A stretch of 64,000 nt of DNA from Flavobacteriaceae bacterium. GTDB lineage: Bacteria; Bacteroidota; Bacteroidia; Flavobacteriales; Flavobacteriaceae. A program made the translations under genes and the position numbers. Location of the stretch: the NCBI GenBank assembly GCA_030830005.1, contig JAURNV010000022.1, positions 2,169 to 66,168 of the forward strand, read 5' to 3'. Positions 31,317 to 42,320 of this stretch are shown here, one piece after another. Each line of letters begins with the position of its first letter. Positions within the stretch are counted from its first letter, which is position 1. Under the pieces are notes generated by a model that ran no database searches, had not been told where the DNA came from, and was given only the letters and a program-made list of their open reading frames with translations.

Positions 31317-31319
31317 GCC

Positions 31320-31961
31320 TCAATTTCTACTACCAAAAATAAGGCTTCCAATGCGAACCATGGTACTTCCGGCGTTTACTGCCAATGCAAAATCGTTACT
31401 CATCCCCATAGATAACACTGAAAACGACTGCTTTACTTTCCAAGTTGCGTAAAAATCAGCTAAGGCATTAAATTCTTTTTGTATTTGATTTTCATCATTT
31501 GTAAAAGTAGCCATACCCATTAGCCCCGCTATGCGCACACCTTGATAGGACTCATTTTGTGTCAACAATGTTTCAGCCTCTTGAAAAGAAAAACCAAATT
31601 TAGATGATTCTTCTGCGATATGAATTTGAATTAGCACATCGATAATGCGGTTATTTCTGACAGCTTGCTTGTTAATTTCGTTTAATAAACGCGCACTATC
31701 TACTCCGTGAATAAGATGTACAAACGGTGCTATATATTTGACCTTATTGCGCTGCAAATGTCCTATCATGTGCCAACGGATATTTTTTGGAAGCTCCAAT
31801 GCTTTTTGAGAAAGCTCTTGTACTTTGTTTTCTCCAAAATCCAATTGACCTGCGTCATATGCTTCTAATATGGCATTAACGGATTTTGTTTTGGAAACAG
31901 CAACTAGGGTTACTTCTTTAGGAAGATTCTTTTTTATTTTTTGAATATTATCCGCTATCAT
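31320..31961 (-). CDS. yggS: YggS-family pyridoxal-phosphate homeostasis protein
   Basis: 213 aa with PLP-Lys context (LVAVSKTK) and the FGENKVQE and HMIGHLQRNK motifs. Confidence 0.85.
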   Translation of the reverse strand: MIADNIQKIKKNLPKEVTLVAVSKTKSVNAILEAYDAGQLDFGENKVQELSQKALELPKNIRWHMIGHLQRNKVKYIAPFVHLIHGVDSARLLNEINKQAVRNNRIIDVLIQIHIAEESSKFGFSFQEAETLLTQNESYQGVRIAGLMGMATFTNDENQIQKEFNALADFYATWKVKQSFSVLSMGMSNDFALAVNAGSTMVRIGSLIFGSRN

Positions 31962-32941
31962 CTAGAAGATTTTTCTACCAGTTCTGAAATGCGTAATGCA
32001 ATAGCTAAAGCGTTTTTTCCTTGCTCAAGAGGAACAATGACATCTGACTTAGTAGTAATGGCATCAGCCAAACATTCGAGTTCCATTAAAATAGCATTGA
32101 CAGTAGGTATTTCAGGATTGTCAAAGTAAATACGTTTTTTTTTGCCTTGAGCGTTTTCTAACACCATATCAAAGTCACCCACATCTTCGGGGGCATCGTT
32201 CATCTTTACGACTTCTACTTTTTTCTCAAGATAATCAACAGAGATATAAGCATCCTTTTGAAAAAAACGTGCCTTTCGCATGTTTTTGAGAGATATCCTA
32301 CTAGCCGTTAAGTTTGCAACACAACCGTTTTCAAATTCGATACGCGCATTTGCAATATCAGGAGTTTCACTAATAATTGAAACGCCGCTTGCAGAGATGT
32401 GTTTAACAGTGGAATGGACAACGCTAAGTACCGTATCAATATCGTGAATCATCAAGTCTAGCACGACGGGTACATCGGTACCTCGCGGATTAAATTCCGC
32501 CAAGCGATGTGTTTCTATAAACATACTTTTGTTTATGTGATCTTTCACGGCCAAAAACGCAGGATTAAAACGCTCAACATGCCCAACTTGTCCTAAAACG
32601 TTGTGGTGTTTAGCTAAAGTGATAAGTTCTTCTGCTTGCGCTACGGTCTGGGTTATTGGTTTTTCAATAAAAATATGTTTGCCTTTTGCAATGGCTTGTT
32701 TAGCGACATCATAATGAAATGAGGTAGGTGTAACAATATCAACCACTTCTACAGCGTCAATTAAGTCTGTTGCCGAGTCAAAAGATTGAAATCCGTACTC
32801 TTTGCTAATTAGAGTCCTAACTTCTGGATTTTCATCATAAAACCCAATCAACTCGTATTTTTTTGACTCGTTTAAAAGACGCAAATGGATTTTACCCAAA
32901 TGTCCTGCGCCTAAAACGCCCGCTTTAAGTTTCTTTCCCAT
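31958..32941 (-). CDS. Gfo/Idh/MocA-family oxidoreductase
   Basis: 327 aa with an N-terminal Rossmann motif (GVLGAGHLGKIH) and an EKP motif. Overlaps yggS by 4 nt. Confidence 0.75.
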   Translation of the reverse strand: MGKKLKAGVLGAGHLGKIHLRLLNESKKYELIGFYDENPEVRTLISKEYGFQSFDSATDLIDAVEVVDIVTPTSFHYDVAKQAIAKGKHIFIEKPITQTVAQAEELITLAKHHNVLGQVGHVERFNPAFLAVKDHINKSMFIETHRLAEFNPRGTDVPVVLDLMIHDIDTVLSVVHSTVKHISASGVSIISETPDIANARIEFENGCVANLTASRISLKNMRKARFFQKDAYISVDYLEKKVEVVKMNDAPEDVGDFDMVLENAQGKKKRIYFDNPEIPTVNAILMELECLADAITTKSDVIVPLEQGKNALAIALRISELVEKSSR

Positions 32942-33000
32942 GCTACAAATGTAACAAGATTAGGTGGTGGACAGGCAGTTGATTTTGTATTTTTGATTCC

Positions 33001-33645
33001 ATGAAGCAAGACACTACAAAGCATCAAGGAAAAAGAAGGCAATTAGTTGAATTACTAAAACAAAAGGGAATTACCCAAAAAGCTGTTTTAAATGCCATTG
33101 GAGAAATTCCGCGCCATTTGTTTCTGGACAGTAGCTTTGTTGACCATGCGTATCAAGACAAGGCATTTCCTATAGCTTCAGATCAAACTATATCACAGCC
33201 TTATACAGTTGCTTTTCAGAGTGAGCAATTGCAACTTGAACCAGGGATGAAAGTATTGGAAATAGGTACTGGATCAGGATATCAGACAGCAGTGCTTTGT
33301 CATATGGGAGCTGAGGTTTATACTATTGAACGACAGCACGAATTGTTCCGTATTAGTTTAAAGCGATTACCAGCATTGGGTTTTAATCCTAAGAAACTCA
33401 TTTTTGGAGACGGATACAAAGGCTTTCCTGAACGTGCTCCATATGATAGAATTATAGTTACAGCTGGTGCCCCATCTGTACCCGAAGCACTTCTAGCGCA
33501 GTTGGTAATTGGTGGAAAGATGGTTATACCCGTGGGGGAACATCAACAAAAAATGTTAGTAATAACACGAACTTCAAGTACTGATTTTGAACAACTGGTT
33601 CTAGGTGATTTTCGTTTTGTACCGCTTTTAGGAGATAAAAACTAA
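33001..33645 (+). CDS. pcm: protein-L-isoaspartate O-methyltransferase
   Basis: 214 aa with the ISQPYTVA motif and SAM motif [14 protein letters not shown]. Confidence 0.85.
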   Translation: MKQDTTKHQGKRRQLVELLKQKGITQKAVLNAIGEIPRHLFLDSSFVDHAYQDKAFPIASDQTISQPYTVAFQSEQLQLEPGMKVLEIGTGSGYQTAVLCHMGAEVYTIERQHELFRISLKRLPALGFNPKKLIFGDGYKGFPERAPYDRIIVTAGAPSVPEALLAQLVIGGKMVIPVGEHQQKMLVITRTSSTDFEQLVLGDFRFVPLLGDKN

Positions 33646-34103
33646 TTTTTAAACCCCTTTTTTACACGTTCTAACTGTCGTTTGTTATCACGATCTTTAA
33701 TGGTTTCGCGTTTGTCATGGATTTTTTTACCTTTTGCTAATGCAATACGCACTTTTGCCAAGCCTTTATCTGTCAAAAACACCTGGAGTGGTACTATGGT
33801 TAGACCAACATTTTGCACCTGCTTTAATAATTTTCGCAATTCTTTTCGTTGCAATAAAAGCTTTCGATCTCCTTTGGTACGATGATTTATATAGCCCCCA
33901 TGACTGTATTCATCAATGTGCATGTTGATGATAAACAGTTCCCCATGTTCACTGAATGAACAAAAACTTTCAGCAATAGAAGCCTTACCAGCACGTATGG
34001 ATTTAATTTCCGTACCTGTTAACACAATACCCGCCGTATATTGATCCATGAGTTCATACTCAAAACGTGCGCGTTTATTCTTTATGTTTATAGCTCTTTG
34101 CAT
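33642..34103 (-). CDS. smpB: SsrA-binding protein
   Basis: 153 aa typical SmpB ([25 protein letters not shown]). Confidence 0.9.
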   Translation of the reverse strand: MQRAINIKNKRARFEYELMDQYTAGIVLTGTEIKSIRAGKASIAESFCSFSEHGELFIINMHIDEYSHGGYINHRTKGDRKLLLQRKELRKLLKQVQNVGLTIVPLQVFLTDKGLAKVRIALAKGKKIHDKRETIKDRDNKRQLERVKKGFKN

Positions 34104-34190
34104 ATTGCAAAAATATAACCTTATGTTCTTATGTTCATTTGTTTTTGATAAAACAACGAATTTTTCATGCGCTGTGTTGGACTGATTAGC

Positions 34191-34198
34191 TATTTTTG
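34191..34198 (+). promoter_or_regulatory. candidate -7 box TATTTTTG upstream of glyA
   Basis: Matches TAnnTTTG, 17 nt upstream of the ATG at 34215. Confidence 0.3.
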
Positions 34199-34214
34199 TT
34201 CTTTAATTTTAGCT

Positions 34215-35495
34215 ATGAATATCCAACGTGACGAGCAGATTTTTGAGTTAATAGAAGCAGAAAACCAACGCCAAATTGGCGGTATTGAATTGATTGCTTC
34301 TGAAAACTTTACCAGTCCCCAAGTAATGGAAGCCACAGGCTCTATCCTCACCAACAAATACGCTGAAGGTTACCCTGGTAAGCGGTATTATGGAGGATGT
34401 GAAGTAGTAGATGAAATTGAAACCCTTGCCATAGATCGTGCGAAAGCACTCTTTGGTGCAGCATACGCAAACGTACAACCACACTCTGGATCACAGGCAA
34501 ACACCGCAATTTATCATGCCTTTATTAAGCCAGGTGATAAAATTATGGGATTTGATTTATCTCACGGAGGTCACCTTACGCATGGCTCGCCAGTCAACTT
34601 TTCAGGGCGACTGTATGAAGCTGTTTTTTATGGAGTAGAAAAAGAAACAGGGCGTTTAGATTATGATGTAATTGAAGAAATTGCTGTACGTGAAAAACCA
34701 AAAATGATCATTGCAGGTGCTTCCGCATACTCTAGAGATATTGATTTTAAACGCTTTAGAGCGATTGCCGATAGCGTTGGTGCATTTTTATTAGCCGATA
34801 TTTCGCATCCTGCAGGACTTATTGCCAAAGGAATTCTCAACGATCCACTTCCTCATTGTCATGTTGTAACCACAACGACACACAAAACCCTTCGTGGTCC
34901 ACGCGGTGGTTTAATTTTAATGGGGCAAGATTTTGAAAACCCTTTCGGTCTAACGTTTAAAAATGGAGAATCTCGTATGATGTCTTCCCTATTAGATATG
35001 GCCGTTTTTCCAGGAAATCAAGGTGGTCCATTAGAGCACGTTGTGGGCGCCAAGGCAATTGCTTTTGGGGAAGCTCTTACTGATGATTTTTTGCATTATA
35101 TCTTAAGAGTACGTGAAAATGCTCAAGCGATGGCAAAAGCCTTTGTGGATCGTGGATATCACCTTATTTCTGGTGGTACTGATAACCATATGATGCTGGT
35201 GGACTTACGCAACAAAAATATTTCAGGCAAGCAAGCTGAACAAGCCTTAGTAAAAGCTGAAATTACTGCAAATAAAAACATGGTTCCTTTTGACGATAAA
35301 TCACCCTTTGTTACGTCTGGAATTCGCTTTGGTACGGCGGCTATTACAACACGTGGTTTGGTAGCTTCAGATATGGAACCCATAGTTTCCTTAATTGACG
35401 AAGTGATTCAAAATCCAGAAAATGATAAAGTATTGGAAGGGGTAGGAGCGCAGGTACATGCTATGATGGCGCATCGTCCACTTTTCAACCCTTAA
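34215..35495 (+). CDS. glyA: serine hydroxymethyltransferase
   Basis: Track ORF starts at 34167. I chose the ATG at 34215 ([20 protein letters not shown]), the usual SHMT N-terminus. PLP site [14 protein letters not shown] is present. Confidence 0.9.
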   Translation: MNIQRDEQIFELIEAENQRQIGGIELIASENFTSPQVMEATGSILTNKYAEGYPGKRYYGGCEVVDEIETLAIDRAKALFGAAYANVQPHSGSQANTAIYHAFIKPGDKIMGFDLSHGGHLTHGSPVNFSGRLYEAVFYGVEKETGRLDYDVIEEIAVREKPKMIIAGASAYSRDIDFKRFRAIADSVGAFLLADISHPAGLIAKGILNDPLPHCHVVTTTTHKTLRGPRGGLILMGQDFENPFGLTFKNGESRMMSSLLDMAVFPGNQGGPLEHVVGAKAIAFGEALTDDFLHYILRVRENAQAMAKAFVDRGYHLISGGTDNHMMLVDLRNKNISGKQAEQALVKAEITANKNMVPFDDKSPFVTSGIRFGTAAITTRGLVASDMEPIVSLIDEVIQNPENDKVLEGVGAQVHAMMAHRPLFNP

Positions 35496-37057
35496 TCTTC
35501 AATGATTACATGCTGATAAGCACCTAAATCAGGTGGTGAAGTACGATTTTCGCCTGCTAAATCAACGGGAACTTGAATATTAACATCTCCTTTTAAGATA
35601 AAATCGCTTTCCTGCGATATTCGCATATCGTTTTCTTCGGGGAGTACAAATGCTGGTGTTGCGTTGCGAATGATTTGGTTGTAGAAAGTGTTGTTTTCTA
35701 AATCAAAAAAGGGATTTTCAGTTATGGCTTTACTCGAATTTTCAAATTGCAAAGCGGTGTGATTAAGCTTGAAATTAAATGCCCCCGTACCAACTTTGTC
35801 AACGTAAAATTCGACCAACTGATTTCCTTCAATAATACAATTGTTAAAGGTTGCTTCTTCAAGAGGCTCGATGATGTCAGTGTTGTCGTTTAATCGAACA
35901 TAGTCATCGAGAAGAACCGCGGGAGTAGATCGAAAACCGTTATTCCAATAGTTAGCAAAAGTACAATGATTGAAAATGTATTTACCTCCCAAATTTCCAT
36001 AAAATGACAATTGCCCTGCGTTTCCAAACACGGTATTTTCTGCATATACATGAGCGGTTTTAGCCCACAAATTTGCTGCTGAACTGTTGTGAATTTGAGT
36101 GTTTTTTAAGGTTAATGTTGGATTAGGAGTTTCATCGTTATAGTCCATCAAAATGCCTACTGTCGCATTCTTTATGGTTGCGTGATTAAATTGGTGTTGT
36201 GTACTCCCTTGTGTAAGCCAAATAGCTCCCCATTGTCCCGGAATAAAATCGTAAAGCGGTTCTAATCTATCCCCTTCAAAAATAACCTCCCCTTCAAGTG
36301 CTATTGGGTCAGCACTTGGTTGGCCATTAACAAGCATGGTAGCATCTTTTGCCACGATTACTCCAGAGTTTTTATGAAAATAAATACGCGCACCTGCCTC
36401 AAATACAGCTGTTTTGCCTGAAGGAACACCCATAAATCCATAAACCACGTAAGGCTTTTCATTAGAAAAGATGAGTTCATCGTCTTCTAAATAAAAGCCT
36501 TCAATACCAACAGTGTTTCCGTTGTCATCAATACCAATTGGAATAGCCTCTTTTAATCCTTCACTGTCTTTTTCTGGATATAAAAAAACAGCATCTTGAA
36601 CTAAAGTCAGTAGTGTTACTTTTCCAACATCTGCAAAGTGCAACTTATCCTCATATAAAAATTGCGTTTTTTCGGAGGTCAGTTTTGCAATAGCTGCTGT
36701 TGTCTCTACGTAAACGTAAATACTGTCTTTCGGAAGTATTTCGACATCTAAAAACGACTTGCCACTCATGCCGTCTACGTTGAGTCTAAAGTTTGAATTT
36801 TCACCATTATCAAGTGAAATGCTGGGAATGGAAACGGCATCATCAGTTATATTGTACACTTTTAAGGTGTAAGTTGATGAGCTTATACCTGTAAATACAG
36901 TGTCTAAATACACCGTATCGCGACTAAACCGAAGTTCACTCGACTTTACAGGGCGAAAGCTAAAATCGGTACGACAACCGCTTGAAAAACATACGATAAT
37001 CACCCCCGAAAGAAGCACAAGTGTTTTTAAAAAAAGATGTGATTTATTGTTTTTCAA
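35492..37057 (-). CDS. hypothetical lipoprotein with an Ig-like N-domain and right-handed beta-helix-like repeats
   Basis: 521 aa with a signal peptide ending in SSGC. Repeated N-x-T/V-(I/F)-x-N turns ([41 protein letters not shown]) suggest a parallel beta-helix. Confidence 0.5.
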   Translation of the reverse strand: MKNNKSHLFLKTLVLLSGVIIVCFSSGCRTDFSFRPVKSSELRFSRDTVYLDTVFTGISSSTYTLKVYNITDDAVSIPSISLDNGENSNFRLNVDGMSGKSFLDVEILPKDSIYVYVETTAAIAKLTSEKTQFLYEDKLHFADVGKVTLLTLVQDAVFLYPEKDSEGLKEAIPIGIDDNGNTVGIEGFYLEDDELIFSNEKPYVVYGFMGVPSGKTAVFEAGARIYFHKNSGVIVAKDATMLVNGQPSADPIALEGEVIFEGDRLEPLYDFIPGQWGAIWLTQGSTQHQFNHATIKNATVGILMDYNDETPNPTLTLKNTQIHNSSAANLWAKTAHVYAENTVFGNAGQLSFYGNLGGKYIFNHCTFANYWNNGFRSTPAVLLDDYVRLNDNTDIIEPLEEATFNNCIIEGNQLVEFYVDKVGTGAFNFKLNHTALQFENSSKAITENPFFDLENNTFYNQIIRNATPAFVLPEENDMRISQESDFILKGDVNIQVPVDLAGENRTSPPDLGAYQHVIIED

Positions 37058-38069
37058 TGATTTCTACTTCAAATAATTTATCCCAATATTTTCCTGTCAC
37101 AAAAAAAGTTTTACGCTTAGGGTGATACGCAATGCCATTAAAAACATCTAATCTATTGTGTTGCTTAACTTTACTTTTAAGTCCTGAGAAATCAACAACG
37201 CCCTCTACAATTCCTGTTTTGGGGTCAATCATGATAACAACGTCTTTATTAAATTGATAGGTGTTTCCATAAATTATCCCATTTACATACTCCAATTCAT
37301 TGACTTTAGACAGAAACGTATTGTGTGTTACCATGTCTTTACTGGATAGCTCCTCAAAAGTGTTGGGATCTAATGTCCAAAGTTTTTGACTTCCGTCGGT
37401 TTTATACAGCAGTTCACCATCGTTGCAGAGCCCCCACCCTTCGGGGCTTTGGGTGTATTTAAATGATTTTTCGAGAGTAAAATCGGAAGCATTATAAACA
37501 AAACCAATTTTCTTTTTCCATGTCAGTTGTATGATATTTCCGTCTAAATGCGTGATGCCTTCACCAAAATAGGTGTTGTCTAGCGAAATTTTTTGAATAA
37601 CTTCACCTGTTTTAAAATCCACTTTTCTAAGCGAAGAGGCCCCATATTGTCCAGTACTTTCATAAAGGACATCTCCAACAAACTCCAAGCCCTGCGTGTA
37701 AGCATTAATGTCGTGCGGATAGGAATCTATGAGGTTGTAGGTGTATAATTTAGGTTTGTATGGCGCAAAAACACGGAGGTTTTTAACAACTTCTTTTGTG
37801 CCATTTTCGGTCTCAATTACTACCTTAACTTGTTGCTCTCCAGTATATTGTGGAATCACGTAGTTGTTAACTATTTTTTCGTTATTCCAAAAAAACTGAT
37901 GGCTTTTAACGTCGTTCAATGTGTTTAAGGCAATATGAACGGTGTCGTTAATACTGATGTTTTTTACTTCCGTTTTTGTGATAATTTTATAAGAAATAGC
38001 ATGTTTGGGCGAACAAGAAACTTGAGTAAAAAGCAACAAGCAAAATGCAATAAAAACGAATCTCTTCAT
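37044..38069 (-). CDS. glutaminyl-peptide cyclotransferase (plant/bacterial beta-propeller type) with an N-terminal extension, lipoprotein
   Basis: 341 aa with the lipobox QVSC. Motifs YPHDINAYTQGLEF...LYESTGQYGASSLRKVDFKTGEV are typical of type I glutamine cyclotransferases. Confidence 0.75.
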   Translation of the reverse strand: MKRFVFIAFCLLLFTQVSCSPKHAISYKIITKTEVKNISINDTVHIALNTLNDVKSHQFFWNNEKIVNNYVIPQYTGEQQVKVVIETENGTKEVVKNLRVFAPYKPKLYTYNLIDSYPHDINAYTQGLEFVGDVLYESTGQYGASSLRKVDFKTGEVIQKISLDNTYFGEGITHLDGNIIQLTWKKKIGFVYNASDFTLEKSFKYTQSPEGWGLCNDGELLYKTDGSQKLWTLDPNTFEELSSKDMVTHNTFLSKVNELEYVNGIIYGNTYQFNKDVVIMIDPKTGIVEGVVDFSGLKSKVKQHNRLDVFNGIAYHPKRKTFFVTGKYWDKLFEVEIIEKQ

Positions 38070-38131
38070 GAGGCTACAAATATTGTTTAAAAATATCCAT
38101 AATCTTGAGAAAAAAAAACGAACAAAGCATA

Positions 38132-38139
38132 TATCTTTG
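38132..38139 (+). promoter_or_regulatory. candidate -7 box TATCTTTG for the SRP RNA
   Basis: Matches TAnnTTTG and ends about 5 nt before the first paired base of the SRP RNA hairpin. Confidence 0.5.
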
Positions 38140-38141
38140 TT

Positions 38142-38244
38142 GCGGGCAAGTCCTACACAACCAGCTCCTGCTGAATCCCCCCAGGGCGGAAACGCAGCAA
38201 GGGTAAGCGGTCGTAGCGGTGTGCTGTAGGTAACTTGCCTTTTT
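38142..38244 (+). ncRNA. ffs: signal recognition particle RNA (small 4.5S type)
   Basis: A long hairpin whose 5-prime arm ggcaagtcctaca (38145-38157) pairs with the 3-prime arm tgtaggtaacttgcc (38225-38239). The apex agggcGGAAacgcagcaaggg matches the conserved SRP domain IV pattern (GGAA tetraloop followed by AGCA). Ends in a T-run (38240-38245). End coordinates are approximate. Confidence 0.8.
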
Positions 38245-38248
38245 TCAT

Positions 38249-39061
38249 ATGAAAAATTCTTGTGTTGTACTGATTACTGGCGCCTCATCTGGCATAGGCT
38301 TAGCTGCTGGGATTTATCTTAAATCTAGAGGCTTTGAGGTAGTTGGCACAAGCCGAAATCCTAAAAAATATCCCAATCATCCTTTTATGCTTTTGCCTGT
38401 TGATTTACAAGACAATGCGTCCATTGTCAATGCGCTTTCTACCCTGATGGCTACGCATAAACGCATCGATGTGCTCATAAATAATGCTGGAATGGGTATG
38501 GCAGGACCAATGGAAGAATTGGATGAAACGGCTATTGATACTATTATGGACACTAATCTTAAAGGTCCTATTCTTGTTATGCAACACGTTCTTAAAATTA
38601 TGCACCAACAACAATCGGGTCGATTGATAAACATCGCTTCTTTGGCGGGTGATAACGGTTTGCCATTTCGAAGTATTTACTCTGCTTCCAAAGCTGCTTT
38701 AATGCGTGTGACAGAAAGTTTACGCCTAGAGCTCCGACACACCAAAATTCAATGTACTACACTGTCACCAGGTTCTATTCAAACACCAATTGCAGCAAAT
38801 AGGTTATATGCGCCCCTAATTGAAACGTCTAAATATTTTGTCCAGTACAAGAATGCACTTAAAGACATGGATGCTCATGTAGATAAGGGGCTAGCCCCTA
38901 TAGAAGTAGCAAAAAAAATTGAAAAACTTATCAAAACAAAAAAACTTAAACCCCACTACAGCGTAGGGCTTTTTTTGGAAGTTTTTTCACCAATAATTAA
39001 GTTTTTTTTACCTCAGTTAGCGTATGAAAACCTTTTAGCCTCTTTTTATAATTTAAAATAA
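38249..39061 (+). CDS. short-chain dehydrogenase/reductase (SDR)
   Basis: 270 aa with the cofactor motif TGASSGIG, an NNAG motif and the catalytic YSASKAA motif. Confidence 0.8.
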   Translation: MKNSCVVLITGASSGIGLAAGIYLKSRGFEVVGTSRNPKKYPNHPFMLLPVDLQDNASIVNALSTLMATHKRIDVLINNAGMGMAGPMEELDETAIDTIMDTNLKGPILVMQHVLKIMHQQQSGRLINIASLAGDNGLPFRSIYSASKAALMRVTESLRLELRHTKIQCTTLSPGSIQTPIAANRLYAPLIETSKYFVQYKNALKDMDAHVDKGLAPIEVAKKIEKLIKTKKLKPHYSVGLFLEVFSPIIKFFLPQLAYENLLASFYNLK

Positions 39062-39066
39062 ACCAT

Positions 39067-39720
39067 ATGAAATTTTTTATTGACACTGCAAACTTAGACC
39101 AGATTAAAGAAGCCCAAGCCCTCGGTATTTTAGATGGGGTAACCACCAATCCATCGTTGATGGCTAAAGAAGGTATTACCGGACAAGAAAACATCATTGC
39201 GCACTACAAGGCCATTTGTGAAATTGTTGAAGGCGATGTTTCCGCTGAAGTTATTTCAACTGATTTTGAAGGGATTATCAATGAAGGAGAAGCTCTTGCT
39301 GCTTTACATCCACAAATTGTGGTCAAAGTCCCCATGATTTTAGAGGGGATCAAAGCCATAAAATATTTTTCAGATAAAGGCATCAAAACCAATTGTACTC
39401 TAGTTTTTTCCGTTGGTCAGGCGTTACTTGCGGCAAAAGCTGGGGCCACTTATGTTTCGCCTTTTATTGGTCGCTTAGACGACATTTCTACAGATGGTCT
39501 TCAGCTTATTGAAGATATAAGAACTGTATATGATAATTATGATTTTAAAACCCAAATTTTAGCTGCATCTGTACGTCATACCATGCATGTAATTGATTGT
39601 GCTACTATTGGTTCAGATGTAATGACGGGTCCATTAAGTGCAATAGTAGGTTTAGCCAAGCATCCACTTACGGATAGTGGACTAGCAAAATTCCTTGAAG
39701 ATCATAAGAAGGGTAACTAA
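39067..39720 (+). CDS. fsa: fructose-6-phosphate aldolase / short transaldolase
   Basis: 217 aa ([16 protein letters not shown]...GVTTNPSL, Schiff-base region VVKVP). Confidence 0.85.
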   Translation: MKFFIDTANLDQIKEAQALGILDGVTTNPSLMAKEGITGQENIIAHYKAICEIVEGDVSAEVISTDFEGIINEGEALAALHPQIVVKVPMILEGIKAIKYFSDKGIKTNCTLVFSVGQALLAAKAGATYVSPFIGRLDDISTDGLQLIEDIRTVYDNYDFKTQILAASVRHTMHVIDCATIGSDVMTGPLSAIVGLAKHPLTDSGLAKFLEDHKKGN

Positions 39721-39740
39721 ATTTATTAAAACCCAAACAT

Positions 39741-39766
39741 GCCCACAGATTGTCTGTGGGCTTTTC
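39741..39766 (+). terminator. intrinsic terminator after fsa
   Basis: Perfect 9-bp stem gcccacaga / tctgtgggc with a 3-nt loop, followed by ttttctattttt. Confidence 0.7.
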
Positions 39767-39784
39767 TATTTTTGCAAAAAATAA

Positions 39785-41609
<1,825 letters not shown>

Positions 41610-41610
<1 letters not shown>

Positions 41611-42269
41611 TAGTGGTTGTAGTATTTGCTATTCCAAATGGCTTGGCTAACATTTTTTCCCCTAGCAAATGTAAAGTAAATGACAATTGCAGCTATTGAT
41701 TTGAACATAAAAAAATAGATCAAAAGAAAATCGCTTGTTGTTGGGTTTGTAGTGAAAACAGAAAGTGGCACAAACAAACTAATTAAAAAGCTGACAATTA
41801 ATGTAGCAACACACATGGTTATCAGATTTTTTAGGGGCCATACGAGCCATTTTCGAAAGGGGTGTAAATCGTTCCCCCATTGGTGTATAAGGTAGTAATA
41901 TCCATTTCCGATGGGTGCAAAAAGCAAAGGGTCATCGGCATTTTCAAGTTTAAAAAGTTTTGACGGCGCCATCATTTTTAAATCCATCAAACTTGTTTTA
42001 TGACACTGCTCTAGCGACTTAATTTCATCTACAGCTTCAACTGGAAATATTCCTTTAAATAAAGCCGCTTCTAAAAAACGAAGCCTGTAATCAACGCATA
42101 TTTTTTTTATTTGACTAATATGATATATGCGTGTAGCTTCTAATTCATCAATAGAAAAATTGTTTATTGAGGTTAAATGTGTTTTTTGGCTTTTAGGTCC
42201 TTTTACACGATCTAATTCATGACGAATATTGGTAGGGGTAAACATAGTTTTCTTTTTAGCAACACTCAA
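41610..42269 (-). CDS. hypothetical membrane protein (about 140-aa cytoplasmic N-domain plus two C-terminal TM helices)
   Basis: 219 aa with hydrophobic segments ITMCVATLIVSFLISLFVPL and FLLIYFFMFKSIAAIVIYFTF. No recognisable catalytic motif. Confidence 0.5.
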
Positions 42270-42320
42270 AGATACATATAACTATCAAATAATCAAGTGT
42301 TTAACAAAGGGTAAACAAGG

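Noticed and set aside
33642-34214. Looked for a tmRNA (ssrA) gene next to smpB, and for a riboswitch in the glyA leader.
   Set aside because: The smpB-glyA gap is 111 bp of AT-rich sequence with a -7 box. It has no tRNA-like acceptor/T-arm sequence and no conserved riboswitch core that I can recognise.
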